This document shows, piece by piece, positions 1-7,938 of a stretch of 32,062 nt of DNA. The stretch comes from a virus (lineage: Duplodnaviria; Caudoviricetes). Under the pieces are notes generated by a model that saw only the letters and a program-made list of their open reading frames with translations, ran no database searches and was not told the DNA's origin. The translations under genes and the position numbers were made by a program. Positions within the stretch are counted from its first letter, which is position 1, and the number at the start of each line of letters is the position of its first letter. Where the stretch lies: positions 1 through 32,062 of IMG/VR virus record IMGVR_UViG_3300032219_001111. The stretch is one strand, 5' to 3'.

Positions 1-1
1 A

Positions 2-145
2 ATCGCTGCCGCTCCCGAACTATTAGCGGCGCTGCGCCTGATGTTGCGCGAATATGAGGCTCTTCGCTTTGAACAGCCGGAACGGTGGCCGACCGCCGCC
101 GCAGCGGCTCGCGCGGCGATCGCCAAAGCGGGAGGCGAACAATGA
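2..145 (+). CDS. Partial (5'-truncated) small phage early protein of the 'IAAAPELLAAL...AAIAKA' family
   Basis: Hand translation from base 2 gives IAAAPELLAALRLMLREYEALRFEQPERWPTAAAAARAAIAKAGGEQ*. Its TGA (143-145) overlaps the next ATG (ATGA). Not in the ORF track. Confidence 0.8.
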   Translation: MAAAPELLAALRLMLREYEALRFEQPERWPTAAAAARAAIAKAGGEQ

Positions 146-408
146 GCGCGCACACACCCGGGCCGTGGCATCGCAACATTCCAGCCGATGGCAAATATCC
201 GACCGTGTTTGCTGGCCGCAATCAGCACGTGGCGGTTGCGTCACAGCAAAAAGACAGCGCCGAAACGGAGGCTAACATTAGCTTGATTGCGGCCGCGCCC
301 GAACTACTGGCCGCGCTGCGCGGCCTGCTAGACGTGACACTTGAGACGGTCGATAACCGCGCCGAATGCGCCGCCGCGCTGGATGCCATCGCCAAAGCGG
401 AGGCCTGA
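142..408 (+). CDS. Small phage early protein (HTPGPW...ANxxLIAAAPELL family)
   Basis: MSAHTPGPW...EANISLIAAAPELLAAL...AIAKA is a common phage motif. GGAGG at 131-135 and the ATGA overlap support a start at 142 rather than 85. Confidence 0.85.
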   Translation: MSAHTPGPWHRNIPADGKYPTVFAGRNQHVAVASQQKDSAETEANISLIAAAPELLAALRGLLDVTLETVDNRAECAAALDAIAKAEA

Positions 409-409
409 C

Positions 410-589
410 GTGGTTATCACGCCCCGCGTACACCTGACCCTGACCGAATGCAACCTAATCATTGAGGCCTTGCAAGCCCTACCGGCGTTCCGCCAGTACC
501 ACGCGCCCATGGGCTCAACCGAGCTCTCCGAGCTTGTCGCCCTGCGCGACTATCTATCGGCCGCTTTCGACCACGCCAAGGAGGCATGA
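410..589 (+). CDS. Hypothetical early protein
   Basis: GTG at 410 follows GGAGG (399-403); the stop overlaps the next ATG (ATGA). Confidence 0.65.
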   Translation: MVITPRVHLTLTECNLIIEALQALPAFRQYHAPMGSTELSELVALRDYLSAAFDHAKEA

Positions 590-864
590 CCATGAAATGC
601 ATTGTGACGAAATACTTGGGCCCGACGACTTTCCGCGGCGCTCGGATTAAAGCCGTGATTAGTGGCGGACGCCACTCCGTCACCATCGACTACCCGCACG
701 AGCTCGACGGCGAGGCCGCGCACTGGAAAGCCGCGAGCGAACTGATCCGCAAACTTGAATCGCCGGTGATCCGCCGGCTCGAATGGCCGGCGGTTTACCA
801 CGGGGCCGAATTGCAGACCGGCTGGGTATTTGTGCCCGACGTGGGACAGGGGCGGACAGCATGA
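586..864 (+). CDS. Hypothetical early protein (IxTKYLGPTxxRGARIKA family)
   Basis: AGGAGG RBS, translational coupling at both ends, and a recurrent phage N-terminal motif. Confidence 0.8.
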   Translation: MTMKCIVTKYLGPTTFRGARIKAVISGGRHSVTIDYPHELDGEAAHWKAASELIRKLESPVIRRLEWPAVYHGAELQTGWVFVPDVGQGRTA

Positions 865-956
865 CGTTCGCCGACGCGCTCCGCGCTGCACTGACCCGGC
901 TCGGCTGGACGTCCGAGCGTATCGAGACCATTTTGAGGAAAACACCATGCAACTAA
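861..956 (+). CDS. Possible 31-aa peptide
   Basis: MTFADALRAALTRLGWTSERIETILRKTPCN*; starts in an ATGA overlap and fills the gap between neighbours. Confidence 0.4.
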   Translation: MTFADALRAALTRLGWTSERIETILRKTPCN

Positions 957-1198
957 CAATGCACTCCGACCCTGGCCATGGCTGGCTTGAGGTTCCGCGC
1001 GGACTACTGGACACGCTCGGCATCGCCGGGGATATCTCGGACCACTCTTACATTCGGGGGGACCGGGCGTTCCTCGAGGAGGATTGCGACGCGGCCCGAT
1101 TTGCGGAGGCTATGAAAGCGGCCGGGCAAACCTTCACCGTCAAGGGTAGCCATATCGACGCCGACCATTGGATCCGCAACCTTTCCCGATTCATCTAA
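947..1198 (+). CDS. Hypothetical early protein (DPGHGWL...LEEDCD family)
   Basis: GAGG RBS before ATG 947; motifs HSDPGHGWLEVP and AFLEEDCDA are common in phage and plasmid early genes. Confidence 0.8.
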   Translation: MQLTMHSDPGHGWLEVPRGLLDTLGIAGDISDHSYIRGDRAFLEEDCDAARFAEAMKAAGQTFTVKGSHIDADHWIRNLSRFI

Positions 1199-1208
1199 AA
1201 CGCGGGCC

Positions 1209-1237
1209 TTGACAATCTACTGTCGGGCCCGTATTTT
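1209..1237 (+). promoter_or_regulatory. Sigma70-type promoter
   Basis: TTGACA (1209-1214), 17-bp spacer, TATTTT (1232-1237), in an intergenic gap. Confidence 0.7.
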
Positions 1238-1281
1238 CATGAGATGCAAGCGCAGACTTGCATCTACTAGGAGACGCAACC

Positions 1282-1956
1282 ATGTATCACTTGACGAAAG
1301 TCAGCAGCAATCGAAAGACGGGGCCGATTCCGGTCTCGACTACCACGTCGGACTCATGCCCGCCGACGTGCTCACTCAAGGGGGCCGGATGCTATGCCGA
1401 ACAAGGCAAGCTCGGCATCTGGTGGCGACAAGTAAAAACCAAGGGCGTGAGCCTGGAGGCGTTCGCCGCCCAGGTTAAGCGGCTCCCCAACGGTCAGCTA
1501 TGGCGACACAACCAAGCGGGCGACTTGCCGCACACCGACGGCCGCATCGACGTGGAAGCTTTGCAGCGGATCGTCGACGCCAATCGTGGCAAGCGGGGGT
1601 TTACGTACACCCATCACTCGATGCTGCGGCTGGACGCCGACCGGGACAATCGCAGCGCGGTGCTCAATGCCAACCTGAGCGGGTTCACCATCAACCTTAG
1701 CGCGGACTCACTGAAACAAGCCGACGCACTGGCCGATTTGAACATCGGGCCGGTGGTGGCAATCGTGGAACCGGGCGGTCCCTTGTGGGGGAAGACTCCG
1801 GCCGGCCGGCATTACGTAGTCTGCCCGGCACAGCATCGCGAATACACAACCTGCGCTACGTGCCAGCTATGCGCGAAGAAACGCAACCACATCGTCGCCT
1901 TTGAGGCGCACGGATCCCAATCTCGCCGCGTCATTAACATCGTGAGGGCCGCATGA
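1282..1956 (+). CDS. Cys-rich phage protein, probably metal or Fe-S binding (DUF7227/GP88-like)
   Basis: AGGAG at 1269-1273 supports ATG 1282. Motifs SCPPTC...GCYA, WRHNQAGDL, FTYTH, NLSAD and CPAQ...CATCQLC...AFEAHG. Confidence 0.8.
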   Translation: MYHLTKVSSNRKTGPIPVSTTTSDSCPPTCSLKGAGCYAEQGKLGIWWRQVKTKGVSLEAFAAQVKRLPNGQLWRHNQAGDLPHTDGRIDVEALQRIVDANRGKRGFTYTHHSMLRLDADRDNRSAVLNANLSGFTINLSADSLKQADALADLNIGPVVAIVEPGGPLWGKTPAGRHYVVCPAQHREYTTCATCQLCAKKRNHIVAFEAHGSQSRRVINIVRAA

Positions 1957-2084
1957 AAATCACACACAACAAACTTTTGGGCGGCTGGTACATCGTACGC
2001 GGCCCCCATCACACGCCACTGGGCGGGCGGTATGCAACCTATCAAGCGGCGCTCGCCGCACTGAGGAGCAAAAAATGCAAGTAA
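1953..2084 (+). CDS. Small hypothetical protein (43 aa)
   Basis: MKITHNKLLGGWYIVRGPHHTPLGGRYATYQAALAALRSKKCK*; ATGA overlap with the upstream stop. Confidence 0.65.
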   Translation: MKITHNKLLGGWYIVRGPHHTPLGGRYATYQAALAALRSKKCK

Positions 2085-2449
2085 CCGCTGCAATGCTAGA
2101 GGGCGACGTGTACGAGATAACCGTCAATCTGCCGGATACGGTAGACACGTCGGCATGGACGCGCGACGACTGGCAGGCACTTGGCTATGCCATGGCGCGG
2201 GCCCGATTCGACGACCGCGACGATTTGGTGCGCTTGGTGGGCGAGGTTGACGTGCGCGACCGCCACCTGGAGGGCGACTCCGAGCTGCAGGCCGTGGAGG
2301 TGGACGACACCATTGTTTTCGACTCTTATGATCCGCAGCGGAACATCCGCCGGGCACTGGAAACAGTCCGGACGTGGTGCGCCCAGCAGCCCCATTGTGG
2401 CGACGTCCTAAACGTCATCGACAAAGCCCTGTTTGGGGGGCGCGAATGA
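2075..2449 (+). CDS. Hypothetical acidic protein
   Basis: GAGGAG RBS; coupled to both neighbours. Confidence 0.75.
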   Translation: MQVTAAMLEGDVYEITVNLPDTVDTSAWTRDDWQALGYAMARARFDDRDDLVRLVGEVDVRDRHLEGDSELQAVEVDDTIVFDSYDPQRNIRRALETVRTWCAQQPHCGDVLNVIDKALFGGRE

Positions 2450-2646
2450 TTACCGGGGGCAACATCGAACGCTTTCGACTTATCACCCTGCGGGCCGCCC
2501 TAAAGCTTGAGATTGCGGGCATGCACCGCCGGGGCCGGTCGGCCGCGACCATCATCCGCGAGATTCTGGGAACCCAGACGCGGGGGCGGACGAAGCTTTT
2601 AGCCGAGTTTGACGCACGCCTGCGCGAGGCGGGCATTTTGGAGTGA
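2446..2646 (+). CDS. Small basic hypothetical protein (LKLEIxGM...RGRSA family)
   Basis: ATGA overlap at 2446; sequence MITGGNIERFRLITLRAALKLEIAGMHRRGRSA. Confidence 0.75.
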   Translation: MITGGNIERFRLITLRAALKLEIAGMHRRGRSAATIIREILGTQTRGRTKLLAEFDARLREAGILE

Positions 2647-2747
2647 AGGGCAAAGAACCCCGGCACAAGGGGAAACTGTGGACGCTGGCGGCATGCCTGT
2701 TCTGGCTGTCGCTGGCATTTTTAGGGCTGTTTTTTTAGGAGAGCAAC

Positions 2748-3299
2748 ATGCCGAACTGGTGCATGAACACGTTGGATATCACGGGGCCGCGCGAGCGGAT
2801 CAATAACCTGGCCGAGGCTTTTGCCAAGGGCGAGCTGTTGGAATTCATTCGGCCGGTCCCTGCGCCGCTCATGAATAACGACACGAGCTCATTCGGTGGC
2901 ATCGACGCCGAGGCTAAGGACGAGCTGCGCGCCAGACTTCGAGACGAGTACGGATATACCGGATGGTACGAGTGGCGGCTTGCCAATTGGGGGACAAAGT
3001 GGGACGTGGGAGGGCCGGAGGCGTATTGCCAAGTTACCGAACTACCCAACGGTCTCGCCCATATGTCGGCCGAGTTCGAGTCGGCATGGACGCCACCGCT
3101 TGAGGTTTATGAATGGCTTGTTGCAGAACGCTTGCAAGTCAAGGCATACTACTTTGAACCGGGCTGTGGTTTCGCGGGGCGTTATGAGGATGGAGTCGAC
3201 GACTACCACGAGATATTTAACCGGGAGGGGGCGGTGCAATTGCCGCACGACATTGTCGAGATGTTCGACGTTATGGCGGCTTATGAGGAGGTTGAGTGA
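2748..3299 (+). CDS. DUF1281/YubB-like ferredoxin-fold protein
   Basis: Signature MPNWCxN...WYEWRLANWGTKW...FESAWTPP...YFEPG; AGGAG RBS. Confidence 0.85.
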   Translation: MPNWCMNTLDITGPRERINNLAEAFAKGELLEFIRPVPAPLMNNDTSSFGGIDAEAKDELRARLRDEYGYTGWYEWRLANWGTKWDVGGPEAYCQVTELPNGLAHMSAEFESAWTPPLEVYEWLVAERLQVKAYYFEPGCGFAGRYEDGVDDYHEIFNREGAVQLPHDIVEMFDVMAAYEEVE

Positions 3300-3484
3300 C
3301 GCATCAAGAGCGGCTGCGGTTGATCCACAGTCTTGTTGATTTTGACCTGGACGTGGGCAGTTACGCTGCCCCGGCCGGGCGTGAGGACTATTTCAAAATG
3401 ATTTTGCGGGACGGTTTCGTCGGTTATCACAACATGACCGACGACGATCTGCGCCGCGAGGCATACGACAGGGGGCTGACATGA
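3296..3484 (+). CDS. Hypothetical protein
   Basis: GTGA overlap, GGAGG RBS, coupled to the next gene. Confidence 0.7.
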   Translation: MTHQERLRLIHSLVDFDLDVGSYAAPAGREDYFKMILRDGFVGYHNMTDDDLRREAYDRGLT

Positions 3485-3654
3485 AAAAATTTACCGAGTA
3501 CCGTTTTAAGGATTATCACGTGCCGCGTTCTATGCGGGAGGCGTACGGTTTTGATGCGCCGCTGTATGTGGAGGGCGATCGGGATATGAGCGGCTGGTTT
3601 CTGGCCGGCTTCATTATGTGGGTCGTGATCTGGGTGGGCTACGGCTGGCTATGA
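3481..3654 (+). CDS. Small membrane protein (57 aa)
   Basis: MKKFTEYRFKDYHVPRSMREAYG...GWFLAGFIMWVVIWVGYGWL*; ATGA overlaps at both ends and one C-terminal hydrophobic helix. Confidence 0.7.
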   Translation: MKKFTEYRFKDYHVPRSMREAYGFDAPLYVEGDRDMSGWFLAGFIMWVVIWVGYGWL

Positions 3655-3953
3655 ATCTGAGCTCATTCGGCGGCCGCGTGCCTATCGCGGGGACGGATCC
3701 CAATCAACCGATTGTGCTGGTGGATTTCCCATCGGAACAATTATTCAATACGCTGTACGAAGACATCGCCCCTGGATACACGTCGGATCAGGCGCGTAGA
3801 AAATACTGGGCGATTCTCAATGCCCGGAAAGATGGGGCGACTCTGGCTGATGCTGGCAAACCCTACGGACTAAGCCGGGAGAGGGTTCGCCAGATTGAGG
3901 CACGATTCAAGAAGCTATTGAGTCTTTGGCATTTTCCACAAGAAACTTCCTAA
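3651..3953 (+). CDS. Sigma70 region-4-like HTH protein
   Basis: TLADAGKPYGLSRERVRQIEAR resembles the sigma region 4.2 pattern TLEEVG..F.VTRERIRQIEA; start at the ATGA overlap. Confidence 0.8.
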   Translation: MNLSSFGGRVPIAGTDPNQPIVLVDFPSEQLFNTLYEDIAPGYTSDQARRKYWAILNARKDGATLADAGKPYGLSRERVRQIEARFKKLLSLWHFPQETS

Positions 3954-4746
3954 GCGAGGCAGTGGCATGGAACAGTCCGACGCGGATATGAAAATCGTTA
4001 AAGTCTTCACCGACTGTATCGGATACCCAATACGGCTTGCCTGTTTCCCGGGCGGCAGCCTCGCCGACCCCGTTGAGGTCTTTGTCTGCGACGACGACCC
4101 CGCCTTGGACCATGCCAGCCACAGCCTTTATGTTTCCTGCCGAGAAGCACACATGGATGGTGTAGCGAATCTTCATGGCTTTCATCGCGGCACGGACGCT
4201 AAGGGCCGTCGCATACCCTTCCACAAAGATGGGGACACCCTTTGCATCCAAAACAAACGATGCCCCCTTCGTCTTCTGACCGGGGAGGAACTTCTTCTTC
4301 CCTTCCTCGGTGATGAGCTGGGCTCCGACCAATCGGTTTTCCATCCGCATTGGCACAACTAAAAGCTTTTCCCCGTCGTCATCCCACACGTTCGCCATCT
4401 CATCCGGGAAACCTTTCTTCGCCAAATACGCGTGATGGGTGGATTCAGTTTGGTGCATGATCCAGCCGGCCCTCTGAGCGGCCCTACTCGCTGCTTCTAT
4501 GCGCTCTTGGTCCGCTACCCTTTGCTCGCGCTGCCAATCGATTGTGGGCGTTTTGGTGACGTCTGAGCGCCACATTTCTGGCTTGGTCATGGTCGCCCAG
4601 TTTTGAACCCAGCCAACATTACCCATCAACTTATATCTGCCGTTCCTTTTTCTGGGGTGATCTTCCGTGGGGACGGCCACCCATTTTCCAAATACAACAT
4701 GGTTCAACATCAGGCCGTAGGCCTTGGCAAAGTCTTCAAACGTCAT
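3907..4746 (-). CDS. Toprim-domain DNA primase
   Basis: IFVEGYATALS, VVVADKD and EDFND Toprim motifs, plus HAYLAKKG and LVVPM as in phage/plasmid primases. Confidence 0.88.
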   Translation of the reverse strand: MTFEDFAKAYGLMLNHVVFGKWVAVPTEDHPRKRNGRYKLMGNVGWVQNWATMTKPEMWRSDVTKTPTIDWQREQRVADQERIEAASRAAQRAGWIMHQTESTHHAYLAKKGFPDEMANVWDDDGEKLLVVPMRMENRLVGAQLITEEGKKKFLPGQKTKGASFVLDAKGVPIFVEGYATALSVRAAMKAMKIRYTIHVCFSAGNIKAVAGMVQGGVVVADKDLNGVGEAAARETGKPYWVSDTVGEDFNDFHIRVGLFHATASLRKFLVENAKDSIAS

Positions 4747-4747
4747 A

Positions 4748-6238
4748 TCAGAACCCTAGTGGTAGGCGCAGGCGCTGCGTCTTGGCGTAAGCAATCATTC
4801 GGCTCTTGATCCACTGTGCCGTGGGGCCAGTGATGGGGGAGGGGGATTCATGCAAACCCCTCGGCCACACGCCGAACTTCTCTTTGTATTTGTGTTTCGC
4901 CCAGTTGGGGTTGTAGCCCTTAGCCATCGCGTAAGAGATCAGCTCAGAATAGAACTGCTGCTTGATGTCCATCTTCGTTACGCTAGACGTCAGCTCCTCC
5001 AGCTCCCCAGCAACGGCCGAGATTTCATTCCTACGCTGCCGGACGTGACCGCAGGCGGGGCACATGTCAGCAAACTTAGGCCATAGAAACCCGCAGGATG
5101 GGCACTTCGATGCCTCCTTCTCTTTAGTGGTTGGTTCTTTCTTAGCCTTCTCGACCGTCTCGTCCAGGTCTTTGACGCCCTCGGCATAAAGCTGGTCCCA
5201 CTCATCCCTGAACCGCAGATAATTTCCAGAGTGATCCAGCCACAGGGCAAACTCTTTCGAGTGGTGGGGGCGCATGACCCGGCCCATCTGCTGGACGTGG
5301 CTCGATAGGGATTTGGAAAACGGTCTAGCCGAGACGCCGATCTTGACGTCGGGCACATCAAAACCTCTAGTCAGGATGTCTGTTGCGATCAGGCCGTGGA
5401 TCTCTGTATCCGGTCGGGCAAAGTCTTCAATGGCCTGGCGCTTGAAGTCGTCGTTATCTTTGTAGCTGACCGAAACAAAGTTATATCCATGCCGGGCAAA
5501 CTGCTGGACCAGGTCGGCCCCATGGGCTACGCCAGCACAGAACACGATGGTCTTTTCTGGTTTGCCGTAGACCTCGTGGGTCTTTTTAATCCACTCCTCA
5601 ACGATGTCCCCGGTGATCTTCATGCCACGCTCGGTGACTTCATCCTGGGCCCACTCGCCGGCGACCTTCTTTGCACCGGCCATGTCGATCTCTTTGGCGA
5701 TAAAGACTTTGAGAGGGGTCAACCAACTGTTATCAACCAGCCAGCTATTCGTTGCGCCGGTGACGACGTTTTCATAAACGTCACCCAGACCTTTGGTGAA
5801 CGGGGTGGCAGTAAGACCTATGACCGAAACGTGGGGGTTGTTCTTGATGAACGCGGTCGTTTGCTTTCTGGTGATGTGGCACTCATCCACGATCAGTAGA
5901 TTCATGCCGGGCATGTTCTCCCGCCGTTCCAGGGTCTGAGCACTACAGATCTGTATGAGCTCGGTCGGATCCCACTTCCAGTGACCCGACTGATAGACCC
6001 CGTGGGGAAGGTTGTACTTTGTTAACCGCATGCTTGTCTGGTCGACAAGGACTATGCGGTCCATCACCATGGCAGACCGTTTGCACTTCTCCCTGGCTGC
6101 CTTCATGAGGTAGATGGCTACCTCGGTCTTACCAAACCCCGTTGGGGCGTACAGCAACTGCGATTTATAGCCCTTACGAAAACCTTCCCTGAGCTCCTCG
6201 ATGACTCGCATCTGGTGCTCGCGTAGCTGCAGCTCCAT
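4748..6238 (-). CDS. Superfamily 2 DNA helicase with C-terminal Zn ribbon
   Basis: Walker A APTGFGKT, DECH, GLTATP, LTRGFDVP, QQMGRVMR, CPSC...CPAC; AGGAG RBS. Confidence 0.93.
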   Translation of the reverse strand: MELQLREHQMRVIEELREGFRKGYKSQLLYAPTGFGKTEVAIYLMKAAREKCKRSAMVMDRIVLVDQTSMRLTKYNLPHGVYQSGHWKWDPTELIQICSAQTLERRENMPGMNLLIVDECHITRKQTTAFIKNNPHVSVIGLTATPFTKGLGDVYENVVTGATNSWLVDNSWLTPLKVFIAKEIDMAGAKKVAGEWAQDEVTERGMKITGDIVEEWIKKTHEVYGKPEKTIVFCAGVAHGADLVQQFARHGYNFVSVSYKDNDDFKRQAIEDFARPDTEIHGLIATDILTRGFDVPDVKIGVSARPFSKSLSSHVQQMGRVMRPHHSKEFALWLDHSGNYLRFRDEWDQLYAEGVKDLDETVEKAKKEPTTKEKEASKCPSCGFLWPKFADMCPACGHVRQRRNEISAVAGELEELTSSVTKMDIKQQFYSELISYAMAKGYNPNWAKHKYKEKFGVWPRGLHESPSPITGPTAQWIKSRMIAYAKTQRLRLPLGF

Positions 6239-6283
6239 GTGTTCTCCTAGCGACCGGAAACCCTCCGGCTTGGGTCGTACCGC

Positions 6284-7123
6284 TTAAGCGGCTTTCTTCA
6301 ACTTATTTTGCAGCGACTTCACAGTATCCATCAGTTCAGCATTCCGAGATTGAAACATGTCCCGGCTTTCCCGCAGGGCGCTGTTATCAATCTCCAACAC
6401 ACGGATCTGCTGGCGTAGCTGCTCGATGGTTTCTTGCACGTCCATCTTTTCAAACTCGGTGGCATCCCACGCGCCAACAGCAATGATGTCCCTGAGCTTC
6501 TGATTCTCAGCACTCAATGCGTTGATGGTATCCGTGAGCTCATCAATGAACTCCTGCGTCTCATCAAACTTGGGCTCTTCAACAACGGGCTCAACCGGCT
6601 CCTTCTTGGGACGGCCAAGTTTTTTGGTGTTGATTTCCTTGACCTCGCCTTGCTTGGTGAACTTCTTAACCTCAGGCTCTTTCTCAGCGTCATAGATCAG
6701 GCCCGACTTCACCCGGCCAATGGTCATACTCGACACGCCGATATGCTTGGCAATCTCGGTGTTTGCCCACTTGCTCCACTCCGGGTGCTGAAGCATGAGG
6801 AGGATAACTTTGCGCTTGTCTTCGCGTGACATCGACAGGCCGCGCTTGCCGTTAGCACCGTAAGCCCAGAGCTTGGCGTCTTCCAACGTGCCGGTCTTGA
6901 GATCACACTCAATCTCGGTCTCACCGTTCTGCTTGTGCGCCATGTAGCGGTGGAACCCATCAGCCAGCCAGTGATCGCTGCCGTCGTGGAAGACGGTGAT
7001 CGGCGGGAAGATATCGCCATCTTGCAAGTGCGCCGCATACTCAGCAACAACGTCAGTGTTCAGCGATACGCGGGCTTGTGTGCCACCATCCAGGCGGATG
7101 ATGTCCATGTTCAGTTTCGTCAT
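6284..7123 (-). CDS. ParB/Srx-like N-terminal domain protein with HTH and coiled coil
   Basis: FPPITVF...WLADGFHRY (ParB-like GxHR), HTH NTEIAKHIGVSSMTIGRVK, heptad-rich C-terminus; GAGGAG RBS. Confidence 0.85.
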   Translation of the reverse strand: MTKLNMDIIRLDGGTQARVSLNTDVVAEYAAHLQDGDIFPPITVFHDGSDHWLADGFHRYMAHKQNGETEIECDLKTGTLEDAKLWAYGANGKRGLSMSREDKRKVILLMLQHPEWSKWANTEIAKHIGVSSMTIGRVKSGLIYDAEKEPEVKKFTKQGEVKEINTKKLGRPKKEPVEPVVEEPKFDETQEFIDELTDTINALSAENQKLRDIIAVGAWDATEFEKMDVQETIEQLRQQIRVLEIDNSALRESRDMFQSRNAELMDTVKSLQNKLKKAA

Positions 7124-7201
7124 GTGCTCTCCTCGTGGGCAGGCCGTTTGGTATTACTAGGTACATGCTAACAGCTTCATCTGTTGCATGTGGGGAAAAG
7201 T

Positions 7202-7450
7202 TTACAGCCCGGCCGCCGGGATGTCACTGACCTCAAGGTGGAAGCGATGCAGGAGAGCTATCTTTTCATGTAGCCGTGGGTCTATCGCCCACCCATCGAC
7301 TTCAGCCGCTGACTTTTGCGCGTTCAGCGCCTCTCGTTTCAGCAGGCTTATCTTTTCAATCGCCAGCCTCAAGTTCAGCTCTTCATCTTCAGTCAATCTC
7401 CTGTAGATCGACCGTCTATCTTTTTCCTTAAACAGCTTCTTCAGATCCAT
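7202..7450 (-). CDS. Hypothetical protein, first ORF after the structured RNA region
   Basis: 82-aa ORF on the operon strand; weak RBS. Confidence 0.5.
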   Translation of the reverse strand: MDLKKLFKEKDRRSIYRRLTEDEELNLRLAIEKISLLKREALNAQKSAAEVDGWAIDPRLHEKIALLHRFHLEVSDIPAAGL

Positions 7451-7469
7451 ATCTCTAACATCCCGCTAT

Positions 7470-7645
7470 GGTGGACGCACCTAGCCTATCCCAGGTGCGC
7501 CTTCAGCTGTATCCCTCTACGGAGCCACAGCACCCGACAGCCTTTTCGTTCCAACGGTGCTCTCTTCGCCGCCGTTTGCGAGTTCTCAGAACTATCCCAC
7601 AGTCTCGCTTATCCCCCAGCTCCTGCGGTTACCCCACAAGCTGAG
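7470..7645 (-). ncRNA. Multi-stem structured RNA (or ssDNA structure) of unknown class
   Basis: Consecutive stems on the - strand: CUCAGCU/AGCUGGG, GCGAG/CUCGC enclosing two small hairpins, AACGG/CCGUU, GCUGUG/UACAGC, and the 11-bp GGCGCACCUGG/CUAGGUGCGUC. Non-Watson-Crick pairs within stems are G-U on - and would be A-C on +. Confidence 0.65.
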
Positions 7646-7655
7646 CGGTCTGGCC

Positions 7656-7798
7656 AAAGAAAAACCCCGACACTTTGGTAGAGGCTTAGGCCCTTGGCGT
7701 TGGGCAACTCTAGGCGCAGATAGGATGCGATTTGAGTCACGCAAAGCCCCTACCAAAATATCGGGGTTCCTATCGTCGCCCGGGAGCCACCCCAGACG
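7656..7798 (-). ncRNA. Structured 5' leader: small hairpin, 25-bp helix and U-tract (attenuator-like)
   Basis: Arms 7768-7744 and 7687-7663 pair over 25 uninterrupted bp with three G-U wobbles and end in GGGGUUUUUCUUU. A 5' hairpin spans 7798-7777. Confidence 0.75.
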
Positions 7799-7803
7799 CG
7801 TGC

Positions 7804-7832
7804 ATCGTATGTCCAAATAAATCCGTTGTCAA
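7804..7832 (-). promoter_or_regulatory. Sigma70-type promoter for the leader and replication operon
   Basis: TTGACA (7832-7827), 17-bp spacer, TACGAT (7809-7804). The predicted start near 7797 coincides with the first hairpin. Confidence 0.78.
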
Positions 7833-7938
7833 CAGTCCGGTTTACTAATCAGGCTGCAGCTCGGGTTCGCGACCCCTTACTTCACCCTTTCGTCCTCGGG
7901 AAAACCCCACGCAGCCCGCTACACCGGAAGGTCACGCT

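Noticed and set aside
6250-6283. Small hairpin before the helicase RBS
   Set aside because: CCGGA/UCCGG is short and has no U-tract; it may be regulatory but the evidence is too thin to call.
7316-7820. ORFs overlapping the structured region (7316-7681, 7557-7820, 7592-7816)
   Set aside because: They have no recognisable motifs or convincing RBS, and the base-pairing pattern explains the sequence better.
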